Shown here one piece after another: positions 45,872-56,766 of a DNA stretch of 64,000 nt (positions within the stretch are counted from its first letter, which is position 1; the number at the start of each line of letters is the position of its first letter). The stretch is from assembly GCA_016219715.1 (NCBI GenBank), contig JACRKX010000027.1, positions 3,667 to 67,666 of the forward strand. The letters run 5' to 3'. Source of the DNA: Actinomycetota bacterium. GTDB lineage: Bacteria > Actinomycetota > Thermoleophilia > Solirubrobacterales > JACPNS01. A program made the position numbers and the translations under genes. The notes below the pieces were generated by a model. That model was given only the letters and a program-made list of their open reading frames with translations. It was not told where the DNA came from and ran no database searches.

Positions 45872-48800
45872 TTGGTGACCTTGAGTCAGAGCACAAGCCC
45901 CGCAGGCCGGCCCGACCCGCACGCGGACACCCCCCCAGAGGAGGCGTCCGCGCGACTCGGCCTGCCCGTGGGTCTCGTTCAAGACGACGAGCTCTTCGCG
46001 CCGCTCACCGGCAAGGCCGGCGGCGGGCCGGTCAACGCCTTCGTCTCGGCGGCCTTCACCCCGTTCGCCCTGTCGGTCGCCATCGAACGCTTCGCCGCCG
46101 GCTCCCCGGCGCTGATCGTCGCCGCCGACGACCAGGCCGCCCGCAATCTCGCGGCCGACCTCGCCCTCTATCTGCCTGAGCGGGCCGTACGTGTCTACCC
46201 GGCGCGTGGCGTGCTCTACGAGTCGCACCTCGACCCGCCGCCGCACCTCGTCGGCCAGCGCATCGCCGCGCTAGACCAGTTGCAGGCCGAGGGTTCGCGA
46301 TCGGTCGTGGTGGCCGGCGCGGCGGCGCTTGCCGAGCGCGTGCCCGATGCCGATCTGCGTCCGCACGGTTTCACGCTGGCGCGTGGCGACGTCACCGATC
46401 TGACCGAGCTCACCGAGCAGCTCGTCGCCGGAGGCTACGAGCGCGTCGACCGCGTCGAGGACCGCGGCCAGTTCGCGACGCGCGGGGACATCCTCGACGT
46501 CTTCCCAGCGACCGGCGACAACGCCGTGCGCGTGGAGCTGTTCGACATCGAGATCGAGTCGATCCGCCGCTTCTCCACCTTCACCCAGCGCTCGCTGGAG
46601 AACATCGAGCAGGTCGAGATCGAGCCCGCCGCCGAACTCGCCGCCGAGTTCCGCGCCGACGCCGAGCATGCACTGGCCACCCACGACGAAGAGGCCGGCG
46701 AGGGCACGGCCGGCCTGGCACGCGACATCGCGGAGTTGCTGCCTACCGAGCGCTTCAACGACGTGCTCGACCTTGCGCCAGACAACACCTGGCTGGCACT
46801 GGCCGGCGCCGAAGACGTCGGCGCCGCGCTCGAAGAGCTCTGGAGCGACGTCGCCGCGACCTACCACGACGACAGCGGCCACGGCCTCTACGTCGACCCC
46901 GAGCTGCTCGGCGACCAGCTCGCCAAACGAGCCATGCTGCGCGTCTCGAACATCTCGGTGCCCGCCGGCGATGACGGCCCGCGGGCCGAGCTGCGTGCCG
47001 AGCGCCCGCACGTCTCAGCCAAGGGCTTCGAGGCGGCCGAAGTCGAGCTCGAAAAGCTGTTGCGCGGCGGTTACCGGGCAATCGTTGCCTGGAGTCGTCA
47101 GAGCGAGCTCGAGCGTGCCCGGTACAACCTGGCACGCGTGCGGCCCCAGCCACTCACAGCGTCGGCCGAACGCGCGGAATGGCAAGGCGTCTACTTCACT
47201 CGCGCGTCGCTGCGCGAAGGCTTCGTCTCGCCGGCGCTGAAGCTGGCGATCATCCCCGACCGCATGCTGCTGCGCGCGCCCGGTCGCGCACCGGCGGCCG
47301 GCGGTCGCGCCGCGCGAATCGCGAGCTTCGCCGACCTTGCCGTCGGCGATGTCGTCGTACACGAAGACCACGGCGTCGCGCGCTTCAGCGGCTTCGACAC
47401 GAAGACCGTAGCCAGCGTCACGCGCGACTACCTGACCTTGCAGTACCGCGGCGACGACAAGGTCTTCCTGCCGGCCGACCAGCTGCACAAGATCAGCCGC
47501 TACTTCGGCGCTGCCGGCCCCGATGGAGTCACACTCAGCAAACTCGGCGGCAAGACGTGGGAGAACCTCAAGGCACGTGCCCGGCGCGCGGCCCACGAGC
47601 TTGCCGGCGAGCTCGTCAACCTCTACGCCGAGCGCAAACGCGCAATCGGTCACGCCTTCTCGCCCGACGGCGACATGCAGCGTCAGTTCGAAGACGCCTT
47701 CCCCTACCGCGAGACCGCCGACCAGCTCGAAGCGATCGAGCGCGTCAAGGAGGGCATGGAGAGCCAGGTGCCACTCGACATGCTGATCTGCGGCGATGTC
47801 GGCTTCGGCAAGACAGAGGTCGCCCTGCGCGCGGCGTTCAAGGCCGTACAGGACAGCAAGCAGGTGATGGTGCTCGCACCCACCACGATCCTCACCCAGC
47901 AGCACTTCGGCACGTTCAGCGAGCGCATGCGCGACTTTCCCGTCAACGTCGACTACGTCAGCCGCTTTCGCTCGAAGTCAGAGCAGAAGCAGGTGCTGGC
48001 GCGCTTCGAGGCCGGCGAGGTTGACGTGCTGATCGGCACGCACCGACTGCTGAGCCCCGACGTGCGGCCAAAAGACCTCGGCCTGATCGTCGTCGACGAG
48101 GAACAGCGCTTCGGCGTCAAGCAGAAGGAGCTGCTGCGCCAGCTGCGACTGAAGACCGACGTGGTCAGCCTGTCGGCCACGCCGATCCCTCGCACGCTGC
48201 AGATGTCGATGGCCGGCCTGCGCGAGATCGCGGTGATCGCCACGCCGCCAGAGGGGCGCAGGCCGGTGCGCACGCACGTCGGCGAGTGGGATGAGGAACT
48301 CGTGCGCCAGGCGCTGGCCCGCGAGCTCGACCGCGGCGGACAGTCGCTCTACATGCACGACCTGATCGAGTCGATCGACGAAACCGCCGACCGCGTACGT
48401 GCTCTGCTGCCGAAGCTGCGCGTGTCGGTGGTGCACGGCCGGCTCGACGAGAGCGAACTCGAAGAGCGCATGATGGGCTTCATCCGCGGCGAGTTCGACT
48501 GCCTCGTCTGCACGACGATCGTCGAGAGCGGCCTCGACATTCCATCTGCCAACACGCTGATCGTCGAGCGATCCGACAAGCTGGGGCTCTCGCAGGCGTA
48601 CCAGATCCGCGGTCGCGTTGGGCGCGGGCGCGAGCGCGCCTTTGCCTACTTCCTCTACCCGGGCGCGGCGGCGCTCAGCCACGTCGCGGCCTCACGGCTC
48701 GCCACGCTCGCCGATTACACCGAACTCGGCTCTGGCTTCAAAGTGGCGATGCGCGATCTCGAGATCCGCGGCGCGGGCAATCTGCTGGGCGACGAGCAGA

Positions 48801-49339
48801 GCGGCCACATCGCCGCGATCGGCTTCGATCTCTACGTTTCGATGATCGACGCCGCAGTAGCCGAGCTAGACGGCCGCGAACACGAGGAACCGCCCGAGCC
48901 CGTACGGCTCGACGTCAGCGTCGACGCCTACGTTCCGAGCGACTACGTCACCTACGAACAGGCGAAGATCGAGTTGCACCGCCGCATCGCCGGAGCGCGC
49001 GAGCTATCCGACATCGGCGTTCTACGAGAAGAGCTTGCAGACCGCTTCGGCCCGGTCCCCGAGCCGCTTGAGCGCCTGCTCACCCTGCAGGAGGCACGCC
49101 TCAAGTTCGGCCGCGCGGGCGCCACCACCGTTGGTTTCCAGGGCGGCCGGCTACTGGTGATGCCGGTCGATCTCGACGCCGGCCAGGTCGGCCGTCTGCG
49201 TGCCCATCTGCCGACCGCGATCTACGACCGCGGCCAGCGATCGATCGCGCTGCGCGCCGAAGGAGAGCCCGATCGGCAGTTCGCGACGCTCACTGAGATG
49301 GCCGACGCACTGCTCGACGCGGTGTTTACCGATGGTTAA
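45872..49339 (+). CDS. mfd: Transcription-repair coupling factor
   Basis: 1155 aa. UvrB-homology N-terminal region, RID/CarD-like segment (GDVVVHEDHGVARF), SF2 motifs GDVGFGKTEVA, DEEQRFG, TATPIPRT, QIRGRVGR, and the TRG motif region. Confidence 0.95.
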   Translation: MVTLSQSTSPAGRPDPHADTPPEEASARLGLPVGLVQDDELFAPLTGKAGGGPVNAFVSAAFTPFALSVAIERFAAGSPALIVAADDQAARNLAADLALYLPERAVRVYPARGVLYESHLDPPPHLVGQRIAALDQLQAEGSRSVVVAGAAALAERVPDADLRPHGFTLARGDVTDLTELTEQLVAGGYERVDRVEDRGQFATRGDILDVFPATGDNAVRVELFDIEIESIRRFSTFTQRSLENIEQVEIEPAAELAAEFRADAEHALATHDEEAGEGTAGLARDIAELLPTERFNDVLDLAPDNTWLALAGAEDVGAALEELWSDVAATYHDDSGHGLYVDPELLGDQLAKRAMLRVSNISVPAGDDGPRAELRAERPHVSAKGFEAAEVELEKLLRGGYRAIVAWSRQSELERARYNLARVRPQPLTASAERAEWQGVYFTRASLREGFVSPALKLAIIPDRMLLRAPGRAPAAGGRAARIASFADLAVGDVVVHEDHGVARFSGFDTKTVASVTRDYLTLQYRGDDKVFLPADQLHKISRYFGAAGPDGVTLSKLGGKTWENLKARARRAAHELAGELVNLYAERKRAIGHAFSPDGDMQRQFEDAFPYRETADQLEAIERVKEGMESQVPLDMLICGDVGFGKTEVALRAAFKAVQDSKQVMVLAPTTILTQQHFGTFSERMRDFPVNVDYVSRFRSKSEQKQVLARFEAGEVDVLIGTHRLLSPDVRPKDLGLIVVDEEQRFGVKQKELLRQLRLKTDVVSLSATPIPRTLQMSMAGLREIAVIATPPEGRRPVRTHVGEWDEELVRQALARELDRGGQSLYMHDLIESIDETADRVRALLPKLRVSVVHGRLDESELEERMMGFIRGEFDCLVCTTIVESGLDIPSANTLIVERSDKLGLSQAYQIRGRVGRGRERAFAYFLYPGAAALSHVAASRLATLADYTELGSGFKVAMRDLEIRGAGNLLGDEQSGHIAAIGFDLYVSMIDAAVAELDGREHEEPPEPVRLDVSVDAYVPSDYVTYEQAKIELHRRIAGARELSDIGVLREELADRFGPVPEPLERLLTLQEARLKFGRAGATTVGFQGGRLLVMPVDLDAGQVGRLRAHLPTAIYDRGQRSIALRAEGEPDRQFATLTEMADALLDAVFTDG

Positions 49340-49429
49340 GGCGAGTTAACGGCGCTTCCCAAGTGAGATTCGGGTCACACATCACTGGTATATTGGCGCG
49401 CGACTTGTCCCCGACCTGAGCGGATTGCA

Positions 49430-50569
49430 GTGAAAAACATCACCTCGAACAAATTCTTCATCCCCGGCTTCGCCCTCGTGGTGACGCTGATCGTCGTCTT
49501 CATCCTCGTCGTCGTGCGCGGAGGCATTCCCGACGACGCCGTCGCGACGGTCGCCGGCGACCCGATCCCGCAGTCTGCGTACGACTCGACCGCCAAGGTC
49601 TTCGCGTCGCAGCAACAGACCGGCAAGGGCGAGCCCGTGATCCCGGATCCTCCCGACTACACGAAGTGCATCGCCAACAAGAAGAAGTCCGCCGCAAAGA
49701 AGGGCAGCGACGCCGCCCTCAAGAAGCAGTGCGAGAACGACTTCAAGTCGGCGCGCGACCAGATCATGCCTTCGCTGATCCAGGCCCGCTGGTACCAGCT
49801 CGAGGCCAAAGACCGCGGCATCAACATCAGCGACAACGAGGTCAAGCAGCGCTTCACCCCGCTTAAGCAGCAGACCTTCCCGAAGGAAGCCGAGTACAAG
49901 AAGTTCCTCGAGTCGACCGGTCAGACCGAGGCCGACCTGCTCGTCCTCGTGCGCAACCAGATGTACCAAGAGAAGATCCGCGAGCAGGTCTCAAAGGCCG
50001 ACACACCGACCGCCAAGGAGATCGAGGAGCAGTACAAGAAGAACAAGGACCAGTACTCGCAGCCGGCCTCACGCGACCTGCTGATCGTCTTCAACAGCAG
50101 CAAGAGCAAGATCGACCAGGCCAAGGCGGCCCTCGAGAGCGGCGACAGCTTCACCGAAGTCGCCAAGAAGTACTCGCAGGACAGCGCGTCCAAGGCTCAG
50201 GGCGGCAAGTTCCCCGGCGTCACGAAGGGCCAGTTCGAGAAAGACCTCGACAAGGCCGTCTTCTCGGCCAAGAAGGGCGAGCTGATCGGTCCGATCAAGA
50301 CGCAGTTCGGCTACTACCTGGTCGAGGTCACCAAGACGACCGAGGCTAAGCAGCAGTCGCTGCAGGAGGCGTCGGCCACGATCAAGCAGACGCTCCAGTC
50401 CGAGCGCCAGCAGAAGGCCTTCGACGACTTCCAGAAAGAGTTCACCGACAAGTGGAAGAAGAAGACCAAGTGTCAGGATCTCTACATGGTCGAACTCTGC
50501 GGCAACGCTCCCGAGAAGAAGGAGGGCGCTACCGGCGAGACCGGCGCCGCCCCGGCCGCCGGCAACTAA
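49430..50569 (+). CDS. Membrane-anchored SurA/PrsA-like peptidyl-prolyl isomerase (parvulin type)
   Basis: N-terminal TM anchor. Parvulin domain with FTEVAKKYSQD...GGKFPGV...FGYYLVEV. Confidence 0.8.
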   Translation: MKNITSNKFFIPGFALVVTLIVVFILVVVRGGIPDDAVATVAGDPIPQSAYDSTAKVFASQQQTGKGEPVIPDPPDYTKCIANKKKSAAKKGSDAALKKQCENDFKSARDQIMPSLIQARWYQLEAKDRGINISDNEVKQRFTPLKQQTFPKEAEYKKFLESTGQTEADLLVLVRNQMYQEKIREQVSKADTPTAKEIEEQYKKNKDQYSQPASRDLLIVFNSSKSKIDQAKAALESGDSFTEVAKKYSQDSASKAQGGKFPGVTKGQFEKDLDKAVFSAKKGELIGPIKTQFGYYLVEVTKTTEAKQQSLQEASATIKQTLQSERQQKAFDDFQKEFTDKWKKKTKCQDLYMVELCGNAPEKKEGATGETGAAPAAGN

Positions 50570-50624
50570 ACCCGGCCAAACGCCGGCACCGTCCGGCGCT
50601 ACCGACGATGTGTTCGAGGATTCG

Positions 50625-50652
50625 AAAAGCCGGCCCTTGCGGGCCGGCTTTT
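50625..50652. terminator. Rho-independent (bidirectional-looking) terminator
   Basis: AAAAGCCGGCCC-ttgc-GGGCCGGCTTTT. Confidence 0.75.
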
Positions 50653-50705
50653 CGTGGCGCGCACGTAGTTGCCAATCGCTATCGCCTATGCTTGCCGCCG
50701 TCTAA

Positions 50706-51989
<1,284 letters not shown>

Positions 51990-52081
51990 CGCGGCCGCTT
52001 CGCGCCCGCCCGTTCCTGAAGCGCGTTTCTAGCTGCAATCCCGCTCGCCTGTGCGATCTCGCGCAGGGGCGGCCGCCTGGC

Positions 52082-52471
52082 GTGGCGAAAACACTCTCAA
52101 TGCCCGCTTCCCGGCGAAACACCCCTGCCCGCGACCGTGGACGCCCACGCAAGGCCCGGCGCCCACGCGTGGCCCCGAGCGGCTCTGGCCGCCCTGCGTC
52201 GCGCGGCGTGCGCTGGGACCGCCTGCCCGGCAACTGGCTGGTCGTGATCGTGCTGCTGATGGCCGTGCTCTACGTGCCTCCGCTGCACTCGTACTACAAG
52301 CAGCGCAAGGAGACGACCGCGCAGAAAGCTCAGCTGCAGGAGCTGGGCAAGGAGAACCGAGCCCTGCGCTCCCGTGCGAAGGCGCTGCGCCGTGACTCGA
52401 CGATCGAACTCGAGGCGAGGAAGCTCGGCATGGTCAAAGCGGGCGAACGGCCCTACGTCGTGTTGAAGTGA
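52082..52471 (+). CDS. ftsB: Septum formation initiator family protein (FtsB/DivIC-like)
   Basis: Basic N-terminus, a single TM segment, then a coiled coil (KAQLQELGKENRALRSRAKAL) and ELEARKLGMVKAGE. Conserved position after eno. Confidence 0.75.
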   Translation: MAKTLSMPASRRNTPARDRGRPRKARRPRVAPSGSGRPASRGVRWDRLPGNWLVVIVLLMAVLYVPPLHSYYKQRKETTAQKAQLQELGKENRALRSRAKALRRDSTIELEARKLGMVKAGERPYVVLK

Positions 52472-52477
52472 GCGTGC

Positions 52478-52509
52478 CCGGTCCCCCACGCGATCGCGCG
52501 AGGGACCGG
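52478..52509. terminator. Stem-loop between convergent genes
   Basis: CCGGTCCC ... GGGACCGG, 8-bp arms. The loop contains the palindrome CGCGATCGCG. Confidence 0.45.
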
Positions 52510-52519
52510 ACTGCTCAAC

Positions 52520-53101
52520 TCAGGCTGCCTGCGCCTCGCCGGCAGACTCGGCCGCGGATTCGTCATCCGTGGACTCGCCGGCCTCGCTTGCGCGGGTGAT
52601 GACGATCTGGTCTGGCGAGATCATCACCGCAATCGGCCGGTGACCGGCCCAGTGTTCTGCGTAGACGGGGTCGTCGACGATTGCGGGATCGAGCCAAAGG
52701 CCGTAGCCTTCCTCGCCGTGGTCGAAGCTTGCCTCGAAAGTAGGACGGCGACGACCGCGGCCACCACGCCTGCCGCGACGGCGGCGACGTGACGTTCCGT
52801 CTTCGGATTCGTCGTCCTGACGCGCGGCCTCGGCAGCTTCGCGTTCGGCCAGTGCGGCCTCCAGCTCAGCGGCGATCAGCGCGTCGTCTTCTGCTCTCAA
52901 GTCAGGTTCTGCTTCGACCCCGGGAACAGCTGCCGGAGACTCGCCGGGAGAGGTGCCTTCGGCGTCGAGCGACTGCTCGCGTTTGAAGGTCTCGATCTCG
53001 TCGGCGGTCACATCGAGCTGATGCGCGATCCAGGCGTCGGTGCGGCCTTGGCGCACCCAGACGCGGATCTGGTTTAGATGTGGTCTTAGGGGTCTTGACA
53101 T
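52520..53101 (-). CDS. Hypothetical protein: N-terminal HTH-like segment, acidic region, poly-Arg/Gly tract, small C-terminal domain
   Basis: ORF with the ATG at 53101. LNQIRVWVRQGRTDAWIAHQLDVTADEI; RRRRRGRRGGRGRRRP. No family recognised. Divergent from csrA. Confidence 0.5.
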   Translation of the reverse strand: MSRPLRPHLNQIRVWVRQGRTDAWIAHQLDVTADEIETFKREQSLDAEGTSPGESPAAVPGVEAEPDLRAEDDALIAAELEAALAEREAAEAARQDDESEDGTSRRRRRGRRGGRGRRRPTFEASFDHGEEGYGLWLDPAIVDDPVYAEHWAGHRPIAVMISPDQIVITRASEAGESTDDESAAESAGEAQAA

Positions 53102-53313
53102 GCAGGGCACAGTATCAGCGGGCGCCCGGCCCGACCGACCGCGGCAGACCCGTGTTCACCACGAACTTTCGGTTTGTGGGGTATAGACAAAGTGGACGAG
53201 TTTCCAGTATCGTTAATCGAAACTCGGAATTGAGAGGGCAGCCGTACTACGGCCCAATTTTCGGTAGGATCGGGGGGTCCTGCTAGCCCGCTCGGCGCTT
53301 GGAGGCACATCTC

Positions 53314-53559
53314 ATGCTCGTCCTAACTCGGAAATCCAACCAGAGCATCATGATCGCGGATGATGTCGAGATCTCGGTCCTGTCGATCGTTGGCGACAAA
53401 GTGCGCATCGGCATCGAAGCGCCGAAGTCGATCCCGATCTTCCGCAAAGAGGTGTACCTGCAGATCCAGCGCGAGCGCGCTGAGGAGCAGGCCAGCTCGC
53501 CCGACGCCACGCCTGAAGCGGTTGACGCGGCGTTGAACAGGATTGCCGGCGACGCATAA
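53314..53559 (+). CDS. csrA: Carbon storage regulator / translational regulator CsrA
   Basis: [54 protein letters not shown] is co-linear with E. coli and B. subtilis CsrA (MLxLxRK, VRIGIxAPK, RxEIY). GGAGG at 53301-53305, 8 nt before the ATG. Confidence 0.85.
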   Translation: MLVLTRKSNQSIMIADDVEISVLSIVGDKVRIGIEAPKSIPIFRKEVYLQIQRERAEEQASSPDATPEAVDAALNRIAGDA

Positions 53560-53637
53560 TCTCAGGCAACCGCGTAGCGGTCAGCGCCTGACAGCCGACT
53601 CCCTATTGATCGCAGCTTTCGCAGCGGCCCTTGCGCG

Positions 53638-53877
53638 CTACGACATCAGTAACGAGAGCGTCTCGAACATCGCGTAGCTGACCAGCGCGACGGTGGCCAG
53701 CAGCACCACGACGAGCGTGACGAAGCGCCGGAACTGGCTCTGAACGTGACGTTCGCGATGGCGCGTCTTGGTGCGCTTGATCGCATCCTGCCGGACTTGC
53801 TGCCGGCGGGCGCGGTCCACGTGGGTGTGTTCGTGGAATGCCCGTTCGAACTCGGCGTATGACTGCCGCATTCTCAT
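53638..53877 (-). CDS. Small tail-anchored membrane protein, hypothetical
   Basis: 79 aa, basic N-terminus, one C-terminal TM segment. Directly downstream of the nuclease gene on the same strand. Confidence 0.35.
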   Translation of the reverse strand: MRMRQSYAEFERAFHEHTHVDRARRQQVRQDAIKRTKTRHRERHVQSQFRRFVTLVVVLLATVALVSYAMFETLSLLMS

Positions 53878-53889
53878 AAGCGAATGATC

Positions 53890-54450
53890 CTAGCGGTCAC
53901 AGGCACGCCAAAGCCCTTTATTTGTGCGAATTGCTACACGTTCGAGGCCGGCGAAGTACTCCGCTTTCGACGTGTTCGGCTCGATCTCGATCGTGCGTGC
54001 GTAGCCGCGTTTGAGCAGTTCGGCGTTGATGAAGACACCGCCCGCGTAGACGAACGCGAGCGTACGCCCGTAGCGATCGCGCGGTTCGCGGTCGGGCATC
54101 AGGCGCACTTCGCGCCCCAGCACGAGCGAGCCGTTGAACTTCGCGGCCTGCTTGCCAAAACATTCGACGGGGGCGTTCGGCTTCACCGACTCGGGCGTGT
54201 CTACGCCGATGTAGCGCACACGCTCTTTGCCCCCTTGCGCCGTGCGAACGAGGATCGTGTCGCCGTCGACGACACGCAGCACGCGCGCGGTTCGCGGCTT
54301 CATCTCGCCCTCTTCGTCGAGCGGGGCGTAGGCCGTCGAAGAGCCGGACGTGTCTTCTCGACCGACCGATCCGGTGTCGATCGTCTGAACGGCGACCAGC
54401 ACGAGCACCGCGAAGACGACCACCCAGCCGGTGGCGCCTCGCGGGCTCAT
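53890..54450 (-). CDS. Membrane-anchored thermonuclease (staphylococcal nuclease, SNase-like)
   Basis: N-terminal TM segment. VVDGDTILV ... RVRYIGVDTPE ... DRYGRTLAFV ... NAELLKRGYA are typical SNase motifs. Confidence 0.8.
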   Translation of the reverse strand: MSPRGATGWVVVFAVLVLVAVQTIDTGSVGREDTSGSSTAYAPLDEEGEMKPRTARVLRVVDGDTILVRTAQGGKERVRYIGVDTPESVKPNAPVECFGKQAAKFNGSLVLGREVRLMPDREPRDRYGRTLAFVYAGGVFINAELLKRGYARTIEIEPNTSKAEYFAGLERVAIRTNKGLWRACDR

Positions 54451-54484
54451 GTCGGTCGAACCGGAATGCTTCGCGCTGCCGTGA

Positions 54485-55405
54485 TTACGGCGTGCGCTGG
54501 ACGCTGGTGACCAGCGTGTCCTTGATCTGGCCGATGATGTTGGTCGCGTCGTCCCACTCGCGCTGCCAGACGTTGCGGCCGTAGATCACGCCCGAACCGC
54601 CGGCCTCCATGATCAGCTTGGTCTGCTGCAGCAGCTCGTCGTCGCTGATCTTCGAACCACCGGAGAGCACGACGAGCGCGCGGCCGGCGCTTTCGACGCA
54701 CTGACGGATGGCCTCGGCCTGGTCGACGTCGAGGTCGGGGTACGGGGCCGGCGTCATCGCTTCCTTCTCGGGAACGATCTTCGGCATGTTGATCTTGACG
54801 ATGTCTGCGCCCATCTCCATCGCCATACGTGCGGCGTAGTCGATTGCGTAGAAGCTGGTCTGACCGCCCTTGGCCTCGATGTCGCGGCCGCGCGGGTAGC
54901 TCCAGATGACGAGGGGCATGCCGTAGCGGTCGCACTCCTCGCGAACCTCGCCGAGCTGGCGCAGATCTTCGTCTTGGCGGGGCGAACCGACGTAGAGCGT
55001 GTAACCGACCGCGTCGGCACCCAGTCGCACGGCGTCTTCGACGCTGGCGTTGACGGCGCTGAAGGCCTCGTCGCTGGGCGGAATGTCGGTCTTGCCGTTG
55101 AGCTTCAGCAGCAACGGCACCTGGCCGGCGTAGTCGGGGTAGTACTTGGTCGCGAAGCCGATCTGGCAGGCGATCGCGCTGTAGCCGGCCGAGGCGGCGA
55201 GCTTGAACTGGTACTCGGGGTCCTTCGAGGCCGGGTTGGGGAAGAAGTCGCGGGGACCGTGCTCGATGCCCTGGTCGATCGGCAGGAACATCAGCGAACC
55301 GTTGCCGGGACCGAAGGTGTAGAGCATGCGGTGCAGTCGCGCCTTCTTGCCCGGCGAGAGCACGTCGAGCAGAGACTTCTGACGGGTCAGGGAGGAAGTG
55401 GGCAT
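54485..55405 (-). CDS. Class I fructose-bisphosphate aldolase (DhnA/FbaB family)
   Basis: From the ATG at 55405 (AGGAG upstream): FLPIDQGIEHGP, LKLNG, YTLYVGS, DIVKINMP (Schiff-base Lys region), LSGGSK. Confidence 0.85.
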   Translation of the reverse strand: MPTSSLTRQKSLLDVLSPGKKARLHRMLYTFGPGNGSLMFLPIDQGIEHGPRDFFPNPASKDPEYQFKLAASAGYSAIACQIGFATKYYPDYAGQVPLLLKLNGKTDIPPSDEAFSAVNASVEDAVRLGADAVGYTLYVGSPRQDEDLRQLGEVREECDRYGMPLVIWSYPRGRDIEAKGGQTSFYAIDYAARMAMEMGADIVKINMPKIVPEKEAMTPAPYPDLDVDQAEAIRQCVESAGRALVVLSGGSKISDDELLQQTKLIMEAGGSGVIYGRNVWQREWDDATNIIGQIKDTLVTSVQRTP

Positions 55406-55526
55406 GCCGGTGAAACTCCTATTTCGATCAGTCTGGATCTGTTGGGAAATACCGGGGAAACAGCTTATCCGGCGGAATACGAGCGGTCGTGGCGGGGGGC
55501 GGCGCCGATACGATGCGCCGCACGTC

Positions 55527-56315
55527 ATGGCTGAGCCAGAACTCTTCGTGATCTGCCCTAACTGCGGCAGTGAGGTCAGCCCGTACGTGACCGAGTGTCC
55601 TTACTGCGGCAACCGCCTGCGCAAGCGCGCGCCGGATCTGAAAAAGGACCGCAAGCAGCGCGAGAAGGCCGCCAAAAAGGCCGAGAAAGACGCCGAGAAG
55701 CAACGTAAGCGAACGAAGTCACTACTGACCGGACGCGGTGGCGGAGCCGAGCTGCCGGAGTATCTGAGCGGCAGCAGGCCGCCGATCGCGGTCAGCTTGC
55801 TGATCCTCGCGTCGATCGCGATTTCGGTCGCGTCTCGGGCGCGCGGCTTTCCGCCGGTCGATTGGGTCTTCGGTTCGGATCTCAGCAACCGCCCGTGGCT
55901 GCTTTTCACCTCGCCGTTCATCTTCGAGAGCTTCGGCTACGGCTTTGTCAGCCTGCTGGCGATAGCGATGTTCGGCTCCGGTCTGGAGCGCCGCTTCGGC
56001 GCGGCGGCCGTGATAGCGATCTGGCTGGTCTGCGGCGCGGCCGGCGTCGTAGCCGAGCATCTGATGGCGCCCGACACACTGATTGCCAATGGATCGATCG
56101 CGATCTCGGTCGGCATGATGGCCGCGTGGCTGGTGCACGTGCTCCAGCGCGAGGACCTGCGCGACTACGACCCCTACGGACTGATCGCGGTGAGTGCCGT
56201 TCTGTTCGCGATGCCGCTGGTCACCGACGAGGCCAGCGTGTGGATGATCGTCGGCGGGCTGATCGGCGGCACGTTCTGCGGGTTCGTGCTGTTGCTGCGC
56301 ACCGCGAGCGGCTGA
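55527..56315 (+). CDS. Zinc-ribbon + rhomboid-like membrane protein, apparently lacking the rhomboid catalytic His and HxxxN motif
   Basis: N-terminus CPNCGSEVSPYVTECPYCGN, then a Lys-rich linker and about 6 TM segments. The rhomboid-like spacing is WLLFTSPFIFES..., GLERRFG, ANGSIAISVG (in place of GASGA), and IVGGLIGG (in place of AHxGG). Confidence 0.55.
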   Translation: MAEPELFVICPNCGSEVSPYVTECPYCGNRLRKRAPDLKKDRKQREKAAKKAEKDAEKQRKRTKSLLTGRGGGAELPEYLSGSRPPIAVSLLILASIAISVASRARGFPPVDWVFGSDLSNRPWLLFTSPFIFESFGYGFVSLLAIAMFGSGLERRFGAAAVIAIWLVCGAAGVVAEHLMAPDTLIANGSIAISVGMMAAWLVHVLQREDLRDYDPYGLIAVSAVLFAMPLVTDEASVWMIVGGLIGGTFCGFVLLLRTASG

Positions 56316-56331
56316 GCCCGGCGCCGCCCGC

Positions 56332-56757
56332 CTAGAAGATCTGAGCCCGCGCGAAACCCGCGAGCAACACGACGAATCCGCCGACCTCGCCGACGACCAG
56401 CGTCCAGAAGAATGCGTGCGTACCGTGCACCGCGTCGCGAATCTGGTTGTCCGTATCGCGCAGCGCGCCGTGAATCGCGTAGCTGACGATCGCCGCGACG
56501 AAGTAGAAGATCATCGTGAAAGCGGCGATCAGGTTGACGGTGTCGCTGAAGTCGCTGTAGTGAACGAAGACCGCGACCATCGTGGTGGCAAAGGCGTACA
56601 GCAACGCCGCGCGGTGGGCCGTGTCGACGTATGGATGGGCCAGATGGTTCTCGCTTGTCGCCATCTGGCGGTACTTCCAGATGCCAAGCACAAGGGCGAG
56701 CAGGAAGATCAGGCCGGCGGCAAAGAGCACCGCTGCGGTGGAGGAGTCAAGAGCCAT
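56332..56757 (-). CDS. Integral membrane protein (4 TM segments), hypothetical
   Basis: 141 aa hydrophobic ORF. No recognised family. Confidence 0.5.
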   Translation of the reverse strand: MALDSSTAAVLFAAGLIFLLALVLGIWKYRQMATSENHLAHPYVDTAHRAALLYAFATTMVAVFVHYSDFSDTVNLIAAFTMIFYFVAAIVSYAIHGALRDTDNQIRDAVHGTHAFFWTLVVGEVGGFVVLLAGFARAQIF

Positions 56758-56766
56758 CTTGCGGCC

